A stretch of DNA of 64,000 nt from Gemmatimonas sp. (lineage in GTDB: Bacteria; Gemmatimonadota; Gemmatimonadetes; Gemmatimonadales; Gemmatimonadaceae): assembly GCA_965279375.1 (NCBI GenBank), contig OZ257156.1:1856001-1920000 (forward strand). Reading direction: 5' to 3'. Below the pieces are notes generated by a model that searched no databases, was not told the origin of the DNA, and saw nothing but the letters and a program-made list of their open reading frames with translations. Position numbers and translations under genes: made by a program. Positions 16,861 to 26,650 of the stretch are shown here, in pieces (positions within the stretch are counted from its first letter, which is position 1; each line of letters opens with the position of its first letter).

Positions 16861-18588
16861 CTAGGCGAAGCTCTTGATCAGCGATTCGATCGTGAGCGTC
16901 CAGCCGTTCACCAGCACGAAGAGCAGCAGCTTGAAGGGCAGGGAGATCATCGCCGGTGGTAGCATCATCATGCCCATGCTCATGAGCACCGAGGCGACGA
17001 CCGCGTCGATGATGATGAACGGCAGATAGATCATGAAGCCGATCTCGAACGACGTGCGCAGCTCGCTGGCCACGAACGCAGACATCAGCACATGCAACGG
17101 AACGTCGTCGACAGTGTTGGGGCGCGGCACGCGGCTCAACTCGACGAACGTCTTGAGATCTTCCTGCTTCATCTGGCGCAGCATGAACGCGCGCATCGGC
17201 TTCACGCCGATCTTCATCATCTGCACCTGATCGATCTGGCCATCCATCCACGGAGTGATCGCCGTGCGATTCACTTCGGAGAGCGTGGGCGCCATCACGA
17301 AGCCGGTGAGCAGCAACGCGAGTCCCGCGAGAAGCTGCGCCGGCGGCGCGCCTTGCGTTCCCATTGCCTGCTTCAGGAAATGCAGCACGATGAGAATGCG
17401 CGTGAAGCCGGTCATCATGAGCAACAGCGTCGGCAGGAGCGTGAGCAGCCCCATCATCACCACGATGCCGACCGTGCCGTTTAACCGGAGACCGCCGTCC
17501 TTCGCATCGCCGATGCGCATGTCCATCTGCGGCATCAACTTCATGATCGCATCGTTGGCCGCGACAGGCGCCATCGACGCCGGCTCGGCGCGTTTGCGCG
17601 ACGAGTCCGCGCGCGCGCTGTCGACCTTCATGTCGGTCATTGGGCGCGACGCCTTCGTGCCGCCAGGCTCGACCGACGCGCCGTTGCCTCTACGTGCTGG
17701 AGTCTGTGCTGCCGTCGCGGCGTTGGTCGTGGCTGGCGTTGCGCCCGTGGTCGATGCGGCGGTTGCCGCACGTGCCGGCGTGACGCGACCCGCCGCCTCG
17801 GGCGGGAGCTGTAGCTGCGGGACGTTGGGCTGCGTGACGGGCGAAAGCGTTGCGGCGTTAGGTGCCGCCGTGGCTGCACCGGCCGGCGTCTGGGTGGGCG
17901 CTGGCGGCGGCGTTTGGACGCGCGGCTGCACGGTTGGCGGCGCACCCGTTGTCACCGGTGCGGCCTGCGCGCCCAGAGACTGTGCAAGGGGTGCGGTTGC
18001 AGAGCCGGCTAACGCCATCGCACCGATGAACAACGCGAGACGCGTGGCGCCGCTCAACGAGACGTTGAGCATCGCGCGGAAATCCCGATCGGGAGACGGC
18101 GCTGGCGCCGACGCCCGCGAATACGCGAACGACGGCGTGGCCTGCTCCGCTGGTGCAAAGCCTGCTGGTGCGGAAAGCACTGGTGCGACAGCAACCGGCG
18201 CGGCCGCCGCTGGGGTCAGTCCCAGGCGGGACGCCAACGACGGTGGCAGCAGCTTGCCGAACGCCGCAGACGCGTCGGCGCTCGACTGCATGGGCGTCGG
18301 AACGTTGCTCGAGGCGAGAACCAGCTGACGATCCGCTTCACTCAGCTCGAAGAGCGTACGCACGCCACCATCTCCGACCGATACCGCCATCACCTTGTCG
18401 CCCACGCGAACGACCGCGATGCCGACCTTGGGGCTCAGCGCGATGCGTTGTACGACCTCCACGGGCACACGCGACTTGGGGACCAGCATGCCGTTCCCCC
18501 AGCGCTTGAGCGCCCACACGCAGAGGGCGCCAAGTGCCAGCACAAACGAGAGTGCGGCAACGACGCTGAGGGCGGCTTGCAGCATCAT
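16861..18588 (-). CDS. fliP: FliO-FliP fusion protein
   Basis: N-terminal FliO domain (TM plus VEVVQRIALSPKVGIAVVRVGDKVMAVSV); Ala/Pro/Thr-rich linker; C-terminal FliP (MTGFTRILIVLHFLKQAMGTQ, AFVASELRTSFEIGF, MGMMMLPPAMISLPFKLLLFVLVNGW). Confidence 0.92.
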   Translation of the reverse strand: MMLQAALSVVAALSFVLALGALCVWALKRWGNGMLVPKSRVPVEVVQRIALSPKVGIAVVRVGDKVMAVSVGDGGVRTLFELSEADRQLVLASSNVPTPMQSSADASAAFGKLLPPSLASRLGLTPAAAAPVAVAPVLSAPAGFAPAEQATPSFAYSRASAPAPSPDRDFRAMLNVSLSGATRLALFIGAMALAGSATAPLAQSLGAQAAPVTTGAPPTVQPRVQTPPPAPTQTPAGAATAAPNAATLSPVTQPNVPQLQLPPEAAGRVTPARAATAASTTGATPATTNAATAAQTPARRGNGASVEPGGTKASRPMTDMKVDSARADSSRKRAEPASMAPVAANDAIMKLMPQMDMRIGDAKDGGLRLNGTVGIVVMMGLLTLLPTLLLMMTGFTRILIVLHFLKQAMGTQGAPPAQLLAGLALLLTGFVMAPTLSEVNRTAITPWMDGQIDQVQMMKIGVKPMRAFMLRQMKQEDLKTFVELSRVPRPNTVDDVPLHVLMSAFVASELRTSFEIGFMIYLPFIIIDAVVASVLMSMGMMMLPPAMISLPFKLLLFVLVNGWTLTIESLIKSFA

Positions 18589-19016
18589 CAGGCGGCGTGG
18601 GCGGCAGCCGCGCCGCCGGAGCGCGCGAGAATGCGCGTGATGCGCACGCCAAAGTGTTCGCCGAGCACCACGACTTCGCCTTCGGCGAAACGACGGTCGC
18701 CGACGTAGATGTCGATCGGTTCGCCGGCCAGCCGCTCGAGTTGAATCACCGAACCACGACCGAGGCGAAGCAACTCCTGCACGGTCATGCTGGTGCGACC
18801 GAGTTCGATGGAGACTGGCAGCGTGAGGTCGAGCAGCACACCGATCGGTACTTCGGTGGTGCCCATCATCGTCTGCTCAAAATCCGTCAGCTGCGGCGCC
18901 TGCGGCTCGTAGTCCGCCGGATTGGGTTCTTCGTCGGCCAGCGAGGAGATGGGCAGCCCCGCCGCTTTCGCAGCGTTCGCACTGGCCACCAGCGCGGCAA
19001 TTTCGTCTGGGTTCAT
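18588..19016 (-). CDS. fliN: Motor switch protein FliN
   Basis: LLDLTLPVSIELGRT...GSVIQLERLAGEPIDIYV...GEVVVLGEHFGVRIT. Confidence 0.95.
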   Translation of the reverse strand: MNPDEIAALVASANAAKAAGLPISSLADEEPNPADYEPQAPQLTDFEQTMMGTTEVPIGVLLDLTLPVSIELGRTSMTVQELLRLGRGSVIQLERLAGEPIDIYVGDRRFAEGEVVVLGEHFGVRITRILARSGGAAAAHAA

Positions 19017-20020
19017 GATTTCTTCATCCGGGCTTCGGGAGCTGACGGTGCGGCCTGCACCGAGTCGAGAATGCGCACTGCGAGATTGCCGTTCACTCGG
19101 CCGGGGTGACCGATGAAGCGTTCCTGATCACTGACGCGCACGATGATGCGCGAGTCCTTCGGGATGCCGGTGGGTATCACCGAGCCGACATCCATGCGAG
19201 CGATGTCGCGCATCGAGAGCTGGAACTCCGGGAGACGCGCGGTGAGCGGCACCTTGGTCGCGCGCAATGCGGCTTCGCTGCGCTGACGGGTGACTTCGCG
19301 TTCGGCCTCGTTGGTGTGCAGCTGTCCGGTGCGCTGCTGTCCGTTGGACGTGAAGAACTTGTCCAGCACGGAGAAAGGCAGGCAGATGAGCAGCAGGCTC
19401 GTTGCGTTACCGGCCGTGACTTCGACGTTGGCGACGAGTACGGGATCTTCGCGGTTGACCACCTGCAGAATTTCCGGCGACGACTCGAATGCCGTGATGT
19501 TGATCTCCATCGGCACATAGTCCTGCCAGATGTCCTGCAGCAGCGAGGCGACGCGGTCGGCGATGGAGCGCACCGCCATGCGTTCGATCGGCGTGAGCGC
19601 GCGATAGAGCACGCTGCCGGAACCTTCGCCGCCAAACAGGCGATCGATGACGTAGTAGGAGAACTCAGGCCCCACATCGAGCACGCCCTTCTGTCCGGTG
19701 CCGGCGATGTCGAAGACAAAGCTGGAGCACGGCGTGGGCAGCGAGAGGGTGAATTCGCCGAAGGAGAACTGTTCGACGGACTGCAGCCGAATCTCGATCT
19801 GACCGCGAACGCGGGAGATGAGCCAGGCTTCGAGATTCTTGACGAGACGCTCGTACATGGCCTCGAGCGTCCGCAGGCGTTCCTTGGATACGCGATGCGG
19901 GCGACGCCAATCGTAGACTTGCAGTTCGACACCAGCGGCCGGGCCGCGCGTCGTCGTCGGACGCGCCCCACCGCCGAGCAACCGGTCGATGTCGTTCTGG
20001 CTGAGCGTTTCAGAGCTCAT
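19013..20020 (-). CDS. fliM: Motor switch protein FliM
   Basis: N-terminal CheY-binding LSQNDIDRLL, YDWRRPHRVSKE, C-terminal SpoA domain. Confidence 0.95.
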   Translation of the reverse strand: MSSETLSQNDIDRLLGGGARPTTTRGPAAGVELQVYDWRRPHRVSKERLRTLEAMYERLVKNLEAWLISRVRGQIEIRLQSVEQFSFGEFTLSLPTPCSSFVFDIAGTGQKGVLDVGPEFSYYVIDRLFGGEGSGSVLYRALTPIERMAVRSIADRVASLLQDIWQDYVPMEINITAFESSPEILQVVNREDPVLVANVEVTAGNATSLLLICLPFSVLDKFFTSNGQQRTGQLHTNEAEREVTRQRSEAALRATKVPLTARLPEFQLSMRDIARMDVGSVIPTGIPKDSRIIVRVSDQERFIGHPGRVNGNLAVRILDSVQAAPSAPEARMKKS

Positions 20021-20026
20021 GGACGC

Positions 20027-20626
20027 TTACTGGACCACGAACTGGGGGAAGTACAGGCTCTTCACCGCACCCTTCCCGAAGCGCTTGATGATTGCGGCCT
20101 GCACTTCCGTCTTGATCTTTTCGCGCGCGGCCATGTCCACCAGCTCCTCGACCGTCTTGCTGCCGAGCGAGGTGAGGATGATGTCGCGCAGTTCGGCGTC
20201 GCGTGTCTTGAACTCTTCGCCGGCCTTGGCGTTGCCACCTTCGATGGCGACCGTGAGCAGGAGGAAGCGACTGCCGCCGCTCCCGGCCGGATTGAGCACG
20301 AGATTTTCGAGGACGTGCATCGCTTCCGCGGCGCCGGCCTCGCCTTCCTTGGGCGCTTCGCCTTCCTTGGGAGCGGCTTCGCCTTCGGCGGGGGCGTGCT
20401 CGCCCTCAGCGGGGGCCGCTTCGCCCTCGGCGTGGGCGGCGGGGGCTTTCACCACCTTGCCCATTTTCTTGGCGACCATGGGGCCGACGAACACGGCGCC
20501 CGAGCCACCTCCAACCGCGAGTCCGACGAGCAGGACGGCGATGAGGGGCATCTTGGCCTTCATGCCCGTTGGGGCTGGTGCATCCGCAGCAGCGGCGTCC
20601 GGCGCTTTTTCTTGTTTGGCAGACAT
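20027..20626 (-). CDS. fliL: Flagellar basal body-associated protein FliL
   Basis: Single TM; NLVLNPAGSGGSRFL, LRDIILTSLGSKT, C-terminal LYFPQFVVQ. Confidence 0.92.
   Translation of the reverse strand: MSAKQEKAPDAAAADAPAPTGMKAKMPLIAVLLVGLAVGGGSGAVFVGPMVAKKMGKVVKAPAAHAEGEAAPAEGEHAPAEGEAAPKEGEAPKEGEAGAAEAMHVLENLVLNPAGSGGSRFLLLTVAIEGGNAKAGEEFKTRDAELRDIILTSLGSKTVEELVDMAAREKIKTEVQAAIIKRFGKGAVKSLYFPQFVVQ
20338..20431 (-). repeat. Short tandem coding repeat in fliL (EGE-A/H-AP-A/K units)
   Basis: AEGEAAPAEGEHAPAEGEAAPKEGEAPKEGEAG; repeated cgccttc/cgccctc units of 18-21 bp. Confidence 0.7.
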
Positions 20627-20668
20627 GATGGAGAGCGGGCGAGAGTTGGGTCAGCGCTACTCGTAAAA

Positions 20669-20683
20669 GCAGAGATCGGGCCA
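20669..20683 (-). promoter_or_regulatory. Sigma54 promoter of the fliLMN-fliO/P operon
   Basis: Minus strand TGGCCC-GATCT-CTGC. Confidence 0.72.
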
Positions 20684-20731
20684 AACGCCAAGACCGTCAT
20701 GCGTCCGCCATTCCATCAGACGGAAACATCT

Positions 20732-20756
20732 TAAGTCATTGATTTAATTGATTTTA
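20732..20756. promoter_or_regulatory. IHF site / 25-bp element
   Basis: TAA-GTCA-TTG-ATTTA-ATT-GATT-TTA; reverse complement of 20732-20744 is AATCAATGACTTA, a perfect WATCAANNNNTTR. Confidence 0.7.
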
Positions 20757-20815
20757 TGTTTCAACTATTGGTTTCCGCTTTTCGGAACGCTGGAATGGCA
20801 GAGCGCCCTCCCATC

Positions 20816-20848
20816 CGGCAGATCGCACCGCGTCGGCACTTTTTGCCG
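20816..20848. promoter_or_regulatory. Candidate enhancer (UAS) pair
   Basis: CGGCA-GATCG-CACCG (20816-20830) and CGGCA-CTTTT-TGCCG (20834-20848, perfect). Confidence 0.65.
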
Positions 20849-20926
20849 TTCCGCAGCTGGACGCGGAACTGCCGCACACGCCGGGATCGACGTGTGCGGC
20901 AGCGCTGCTTACCTACCCGATCAGGC

Positions 20927-22444
20927 TTAGCGCTTGATCGTCATCAGCTCCTGCAGCATTTCGTCCGAGGTCGAGACGACCTTGCCGTTCGCCTGGAAGG
21001 CGCGCTGGGCGACGATCATGTTGGTGAATTCCTGCGCCAGGTCGACGTTGGACATTTCGAGGGCGCCGGAGGTCAGCTGCGACTGCGAGCCTTCGAGCGC
21101 GAATCCGAGCACGCCGCCGCCGGAGTTGGCGGACTCCTGGTACATGTTGTCGCCGATGCGGAGCAGGCCGCTCGGGTTGTTGAAGTCCGCCAGCACGATC
21201 TTGGCGAGCGGCGACGTCGTGCCGTTCGTGAAGAAGCCGGTGATCAGGCCGAAGCGGTCGATCGAGAAGTTCTGGAGCGAGCCGGAGGTGTAGCCGTTCT
21301 GGTCGCGGAGTACGGCGGTGGACGACGTGGAGGCGAACTGCGTCAGGCCGTTGACACCGCCGTTCAGCTTGAGGTTGATCTGCACCAGATTGGCACCCGG
21401 CACCGCGAAGTCGATCGCGGCCGTGATGTTCGTGTTCATGATGCCGGCCTGGTCGAACGTCAGTGTGCCGCCGTTGGTGCTGGCCGCTGGCGCCGTCGGG
21501 CTCATGAAGTAGCCGATCTTGATGGCCGAGTTGGACGGCATGTTGTTCGTGAACACCACCGAATTCGTGGCCGCGTTGAACGACCAATCGGCAGGCGACG
21601 AATAGGCAGTGCCGCTGGTGCTGGTGACGACGACGTCGGCGGGCAGAATCTGATAGCCAGTCGGAGGCGTCGGCAGCACGATCGACGACGGCGGGCTCGC
21701 CGCGTCGGTCTGGAAGTCTTGCACGAGCGCGGACGCGATCGGGTCGATCCGCCAATCCCACGTGTTAGGGCCCGTCTTCCACATCTGTACCTTGATGTCG
21801 TGCTTGGAGCCCTGCGAGTCGAAGATCGCGATCTGCGATTCCGACCACGCGTTCTGGTTGATGGGCAGCGCGCGATCGAGCGGGTTGGTGAAGGTACCTT
21901 GGAAGATCGGGGCGGACGCGTTCAGGTTGCCGGCCCACGTCGTTTCCGTCGTCGGCTTGGCCGACACCTTCTGACCGAACGGCAACTGAATGTCGCGGAT
22001 GCCGTCCTGCAGAATGCCGTTGTCGTACGTGCGTCCCTGCACCACGAAGCCGTTCGTCGGCGACACCATGTTGCCGAGTGCGTCTACCTGGAAGTTGCCC
22101 GAGCGCGTGTAGAAGGACTGGTTGCCCTTTCGCACGACGAAGAAGGAGTCGCCCTGGATCGCGACGTCGGTGTTGGAGCCCGTCGTTTCGAGGTTACCCT
22201 GGTTGAAGATCTGGTCGATGGAACCGATCTGCATGCCGAGGCCGATCTGAATCGGGTTGATACCACCCTGGTCTCCAGGCGGACGGCTCGCACCCTGCAG
22301 CAACTGGGCAAAGCCTTCCTTGAAGGTGACACGTCCAGCCTTGAAGGCGACGGTGTTCACATTGGAGATGTTGTTACCGATGACGTCCATGCGCACCTGA
22401 TTGTTGCGCAAGCCCGAAACGCCGGCATAGAGAGAGCGAAGCAT
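20927..22444 (-). CDS. flgE: Flagellar hook protein FlgE
   Basis: MLRSLYAGVSGLRNNQVRMDVIGNNISNVNTVAFK...SGALEMSNVDLAQEFTNMIVAQRAFQAN. Confidence 0.96.
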   Translation of the reverse strand: MLRSLYAGVSGLRNNQVRMDVIGNNISNVNTVAFKAGRVTFKEGFAQLLQGASRPPGDQGGINPIQIGLGMQIGSIDQIFNQGNLETTGSNTDVAIQGDSFFVVRKGNQSFYTRSGNFQVDALGNMVSPTNGFVVQGRTYDNGILQDGIRDIQLPFGQKVSAKPTTETTWAGNLNASAPIFQGTFTNPLDRALPINQNAWSESQIAIFDSQGSKHDIKVQMWKTGPNTWDWRIDPIASALVQDFQTDAASPPSSIVLPTPPTGYQILPADVVVTSTSGTAYSSPADWSFNAATNSVVFTNNMPSNSAIKIGYFMSPTAPAASTNGGTLTFDQAGIMNTNITAAIDFAVPGANLVQINLKLNGGVNGLTQFASTSSTAVLRDQNGYTSGSLQNFSIDRFGLITGFFTNGTTSPLAKIVLADFNNPSGLLRIGDNMYQESANSGGGVLGFALEGSQSQLTSGALEMSNVDLAQEFTNMIVAQRAFQANGKVVSTSDEMLQELMTIKR

Positions 22445-22474
22445 GTCGTGTGTTCTCTGAGAGGGTGGGCGCGG

Positions 22475-23281
22475 TCAGGCGCGGATCTGGATCAGTTGCG
22501 ACATCGGGATCGAGAGTGAATCGCCGATGATGAGCGTCGGAACGCCCTGGACGTAGCGCATGCCGGTGATACGTCCGGTGGTGTAGGTCTTCACCGCCTG
22601 TGCGGCGCCGTTGAGCGGCTTCACGGCGACGGTGTAGCTGTTCTTGCCCGGCGTGATCGGCGGCGTGAAGCTGAGGTCTTCAATGGCAAACGACTGCAGC
22701 CCAGCCGTCACCGGATTCAGCGTCGCCGTGCTCACGACGCCGCCTGCGCTGGTGACCGTGATTGTGCCAACGCCGCTGACGCTGCCGGTATCGATCACGG
22801 CGGTTCCCGCTCCGCCCTTCTCGATAAAGAGGTCGTTTCCCGGTGCCACAGCCGACTTGCCGACGGTGGCCATCGCGGTCTGCCCTTCGATTAGGGCCTG
22901 CAGATTTTCTGCTTGCGTCTTCTGATCTTCACCGAGTGCGGTGATCGCGTCGGAGAGCGCCTGCTGCACCTTCGCCTGATCATCGTACTTGCTGTTGAGA
23001 TTCTGGAGCTGCTCGACCGACGAGAACGTCGCGAGCTGCGCGGCCATGTCCTTGCCGTCCATCGGATTGAGTGGATCCTGATTCTTCAGCTGCGATACGA
23101 GCAGCTTGAGAAAGTCGTCCTTGCCGAGCGAGGACTTGGTGATGGGATTCGACTTGGGCGCTGTCGGTTCGGCGGGGCCGACGGGCGGCGTCGTCGCTGG
23201 CGGCGTGGTCGTCGTGGGTGTGGTTGTCGTCGCAGCGTACTGCGCGGCAAAGCCCGTGGCGTTCTTGGTCGCGGTGATCAT
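22475..23281 (-). CDS. flgD: Hook capping protein FlgD
   Basis: [24 protein letters not shown]...[16 protein letters not shown]. Confidence 0.95.
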   Translation of the reverse strand: MITATKNATGFAAQYAATTTTPTTTTPPATTPPVGPAEPTAPKSNPITKSSLGKDDFLKLLVSQLKNQDPLNPMDGKDMAAQLATFSSVEQLQNLNSKYDDQAKVQQALSDAITALGEDQKTQAENLQALIEGQTAMATVGKSAVAPGNDLFIEKGGAGTAVIDTGSVSGVGTITVTSAGGVVSTATLNPVTAGLQSFAIEDLSFTPPITPGKNSYTVAVKPLNGAAQAVKTYTTGRITGMRYVQGVPTLIIGDSLSIPMSQLIQIRA

Positions 23282-25341
23282 CGCGGATCCTGGTTGTAGG
23301 TGCTGCGCTGGCCGCGCTGGCCAGCACCTTGGCGCTGCTCGTCACGCGCCCTGCGCGCGTCGTCGGTCTTCTCCCATTCACGTGCCATGCCGCGATCACG
23401 CGGTCCTTGTCCCATTGCCTGATTGTCCGCACCGCCGTTGGCGGTCGCGCCCTGCGTCATCCCAATCGCTTCCTGCTGGCCAACGCGCGCGACACTCGAC
23501 TCACCGCGCGTGCTGCCGGTGATCTGCACACTGTCAGCGGTCAACCCATGCCGGCCGAGCGCGTCCTGCAACTCCGCCGTGTGCGCGCGCAATCGATCCG
23601 CGCTCGCTGCGTCCGTCGTGATCTGTGCGCCTACGGTATTGCCGCGCAGATCGACGGTGATCCGCTGCATGCCGTTGGGGCCTTCCACGTCGAGGGTCAT
23701 GCTCGAAAGCGCGCCGGCTGGCGCATCGGCCCGCAGCTGCTGCACTTCCGCGACCCGTTCTGCAGAGGCGATGCCTGCCGGCGCCGCCGCCGCCGTCGGT
23801 GCGGCCGTGTGCGTGCCGTTCTGTGTGGTGCTCTGCGCGCTGTTGAGCGTACCGTAGCCTGACGTCGCGTTGTCGGCACCAGACTGACGAACGCGTCCCT
23901 TGCCGTTGGACGACGTGTTGGCGTTCTGCTCACCGCTCGATGCGTTGCGCGCATCCTGTCCACCGCTGCGCGAGCTCGCCGAACCGTTCGCGCTGGCCAT
24001 CGTGGCGTAGGACGACATCGCGCTGGGCATGCCGTTGCTGGTGTCCGCGCCGGCCGTGCGCTCACCCACACGCGCAACGGATGCGACACCGGCGACGCCA
24101 GCCACCTGCGCGACCGATGCCTGCGACGCGGATTGCGATGCCGTCGCGCTCACCGTCACGTTGGCTGCGCGCCGCTCGATCAGGCTCGCCACGTTGGCCG
24201 CGGCATCCGTCTGTGCGCCGTTGCGTGCGAGCTCGAGGTGTCCCGGATCCTTGAGGCCGAGTGTGCGCAGCCCTTCTTCGCGTGCGATGCGCTGCAGTCG
24301 CGCAAAGCCGTCGGCGTTGTTCCACGATCCATCGACGAGCACGTCCACTGCTTCGCCGCGGGTGTGTGCCGAGTCGTGCGTCCACGTGACAATGGGACCT
24401 TGGCGCGTCCGGCCTTGGGCGTACAGGAAATCCTGGCGCTCCTGCGAACGCGCGGTCTCGACGATGCTGACGTCGCTGCCGTACTCGTCGCGCATGCGCG
24501 CAATGACACGATCCAGTCGGGCGCGCAGCTCCGGCGCGAGTGCGCTCGGATCGCGCACCGGCGTGGTCACGTCCGCGGCAGACGTCGCGTTGGCGGCGGC
24601 GAGCGCTGCGGCGTGCGCTGCGGCGTGCATGGCCGCGAGGCTCGCCGGATCTGTCCCGAAGTTGGCGCCAACGCCGGAACCGGTATTGGCAATCGCGAGC
24701 GCTTCGAGCGTGCCGGCCTGCGCGAGCAGTGCATCCATCGCGGCGAGCACACTGGCGCCCTTGGAATCGCCGAGTGCCAACAGCTGTTCACGGCGAGCAC
24801 CGCGCTTGCTGGCCTGCAGCAACGATGCGCGCAGGCTTGCGTCGAGCGCGGAGGCGTTTCCGGTACGCGACAGACCGCCTGCGCTCAAGCCGAGCAGCGT
24901 GTCGGTGTCGCCAGACTCGTTCAGCACGTCGTTGAGCAGCGCGGACATCTCGCGCGTCGAGCTGCGCGAGCCACTCTGCATCAGTCCGTAGCGCAGTGCA
25001 TCGGTGGCATCGCTCTGCGCGCCGTTGGCCGTCGTCGAGAACAGTGTCTCCGAGCTCTCGTCCGTCGGGGTTTCCGGCGCACCATTCAGCAGACGGTCCA
25101 CCAGCGATGCATTGCCCGGCGAGAGCTGACGAAGCGCCTCGGCGCGCGCCGCCGGCGACGCACCGGCGAGTAGCGCCAGCAGCAGTGAAAAGTCGGGACG
25201 TGCCCGCGCGACGCGCTTGTCGTCGGCGTTGTCGTCACGCGTGTCGTCCGTCGCGGCGTCGGATCGCGAGACGGGCTCGGGACGCGAGAACGGCTCCGGG
25301 CGTGATGCCCTGAAGATCGGAGCTGCGCTGGTGGCGATCAT
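23278..25341 (-). CDS. fliK: Hook-length control protein FliK fused to an internal M15-family peptidoglycan peptidase domain
   Basis: ATG 25341 overlaps the upstream stop, 687 aa. FliK position before flgD; C-terminal FliK-like domain ([17 protein letters not shown]...[20 protein letters not shown]); internal [18 protein letters not shown]...[10 protein letters not shown]...DPGHLEL. Confidence 0.8.
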   Translation of the reverse strand: MIATSAAPIFRASRPEPFSRPEPVSRSDAATDDTRDDNADDKRVARARPDFSLLLALLAGASPAARAEALRQLSPGNASLVDRLLNGAPETPTDESSETLFSTTANGAQSDATDALRYGLMQSGSRSSTREMSALLNDVLNESGDTDTLLGLSAGGLSRTGNASALDASLRASLLQASKRGARREQLLALGDSKGASVLAAMDALLAQAGTLEALAIANTGSGVGANFGTDPASLAAMHAAAHAAALAAANATSAADVTTPVRDPSALAPELRARLDRVIARMRDEYGSDVSIVETARSQERQDFLYAQGRTRQGPIVTWTHDSAHTRGEAVDVLVDGSWNNADGFARLQRIAREEGLRTLGLKDPGHLELARNGAQTDAAANVASLIERRAANVTVSATASQSASQASVAQVAGVAGVASVARVGERTAGADTSNGMPSAMSSYATMASANGSASSRSGGQDARNASSGEQNANTSSNGKGRVRQSGADNATSGYGTLNSAQSTTQNGTHTAAPTAAAAPAGIASAERVAEVQQLRADAPAGALSSMTLDVEGPNGMQRITVDLRGNTVGAQITTDAASADRLRAHTAELQDALGRHGLTADSVQITGSTRGESSVARVGQQEAIGMTQGATANGGADNQAMGQGPRDRGMAREWEKTDDARRARDEQRQGAGQRGQRSTYNQDPR

Positions 25342-26135
25342 GGCTGTGAGCCTCCGGCGCGACCTTTCGTCACGGCGGCAGCGCGAGCGGGCGGCAGCGC
25401 GGTGAGAATCGCCGCGGCCTGCTTGTCGGTCATCATCCCCAGGATCGTGCGGACATCGCTGTCGTTCATCTGGTCGAGCACCTTGGCCGCTTCCTTGGCC
25501 TGCATCGCGCCGAAGATCTTGGCGAGCCGCGCCTCGGGGAGTGCCGTCTCGAGGGCGTCGCGACGGGCGTTGTTCACCGCGTCGGCCGCGCTGCGGGTCG
25601 CCGTGCTCGGGCCAGTCGGTGCGACGAGCTTCGGCGCGGGCGCGTGCGAGTCGGTCGCAGCGGGTTTGGTCTCGTGCGAGGCGGCGACGGGGATCGGCTG
25701 CACCTCGCGTGGCGCGGCCTTCGCCGGCGGCTCGTGCGACGCAGCCTTCTTGGGCATCGGCTTCGCGGAAGCCTTGGACTCCGGCGTGGCTTCGGGGGCG
25801 TGCTCGCCCTTGACCGGCGGCTTGGCCACCGGCTTCGCGTCGGCGAGTCCCTTGGTCTCTTCGTGCAGCGAGGTGCGCGCCGCATCGAGCGCGCGGATGC
25901 TGTCGGCGGGCGTCATCGGCTCGAGTGGCGCGGTCAGCGTGTCCTCGTGCGAGGCCGTGCTGTCCGTCGCTTCGCCCTCGTGCTTCGTCGAATCCGCGGG
26001 ATGCGCCTTGAGGCTGTCGGCGAGATGCGTGGAATCCGCGACGTACTTCTTGGCCGCACGCATGTACGAGTAGCCGGATCCGCCGCCGAGTCCGGCGAGG
26101 ATGCCAATCACTGCGGGAATGATCAATGCTTTCAT
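25338..26135 (-). CDS. MotE/YlxF-like protein (N-terminal TM, C-terminal MgtE-N-like helical domain)
   Basis: RLAKIFGAMQAKEAAKVLDQM...ILGMMTDKQAAAILTALPPARAA; lies between fliJ and fliK. Confidence 0.8.
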   Translation of the reverse strand: MKALIIPAVIGILAGLGGGSGYSYMRAAKKYVADSTHLADSLKAHPADSTKHEGEATDSTASHEDTLTAPLEPMTPADSIRALDAARTSLHEETKGLADAKPVAKPPVKGEHAPEATPESKASAKPMPKKAASHEPPAKAAPREVQPIPVAASHETKPAATDSHAPAPKLVAPTGPSTATRSAADAVNNARRDALETALPEARLAKIFGAMQAKEAAKVLDQMNDSDVRTILGMMTDKQAAAILTALPPARAAAVTKGRAGGSQP

Positions 26136-26650
26136 CGATTCGGACCGTTGTGACGTGTGGAGTTGCCATGTCCGGCGCCCGACGACTGCGCCACCTGTTC
26201 CTGCTGTCGGGCTTCCAGCGTGCGACCAAAACGTGCAAGTGCGATTTCATCCATCTGCAGCCGATCCTTGTGCGCCTCTTCGGCGCGCCAGGCGAGTGCA
26301 TGCCGCTCCTTCAACCGATCGAGCACGCGACGATCGCGGGCGGCGACTTCCAGCGCGCTCTGAGCCGACACCACGACTTCATCGGCGGACTTCACGACGT
26401 CGACGGCGGAGTCGATCCGCTCCTCCAGCGACTGCAGCACGACACCCAGCTGCTGCAGATGTCCGATGCGCGGCGCTTCCTGCTGCGCCACGCGAATTTC
26501 GGTGCGCGAGCTTTCATGCAGCGCTTCGAGCTCCGCCTGTGTGCGACGCGCGCTCTCCGCGGCATCACGAGCGGCCGCCAGCGTGCGCGACGCGGCCTGT
26601 TCGGCCTCCTCGCGCAGCTCGAGAACGCGCTGCAGACGAAAGCGGAACAT
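26132..26650 (-). CDS. fliJ: Flagellar export protein FliJ
   Basis: MFRFRLQRVLELRE...LDRLKER...QMDEIA. Confidence 0.9.
   Translation of the reverse strand: MFRFRLQRVLELREEAEQAASRTLAAARDAAESARRTQAELEALHESSRTEIRVAQQEAPRIGHLQQLGVVLQSLEERIDSAVDVVKSADEVVVSAQSALEVAARDRRVLDRLKERHALAWRAEEAHKDRLQMDEIALARFGRTLEARQQEQVAQSSGAGHGNSTRHNGPNR

Noticed and set aside
25342..26301. 1007-aa version of FliK
   Set aside because: The extension overlaps the MotE-like gene and fliJ in another frame and reads as Arg-rich noise; ATG 25341 overlapping the upstream stop is the better start
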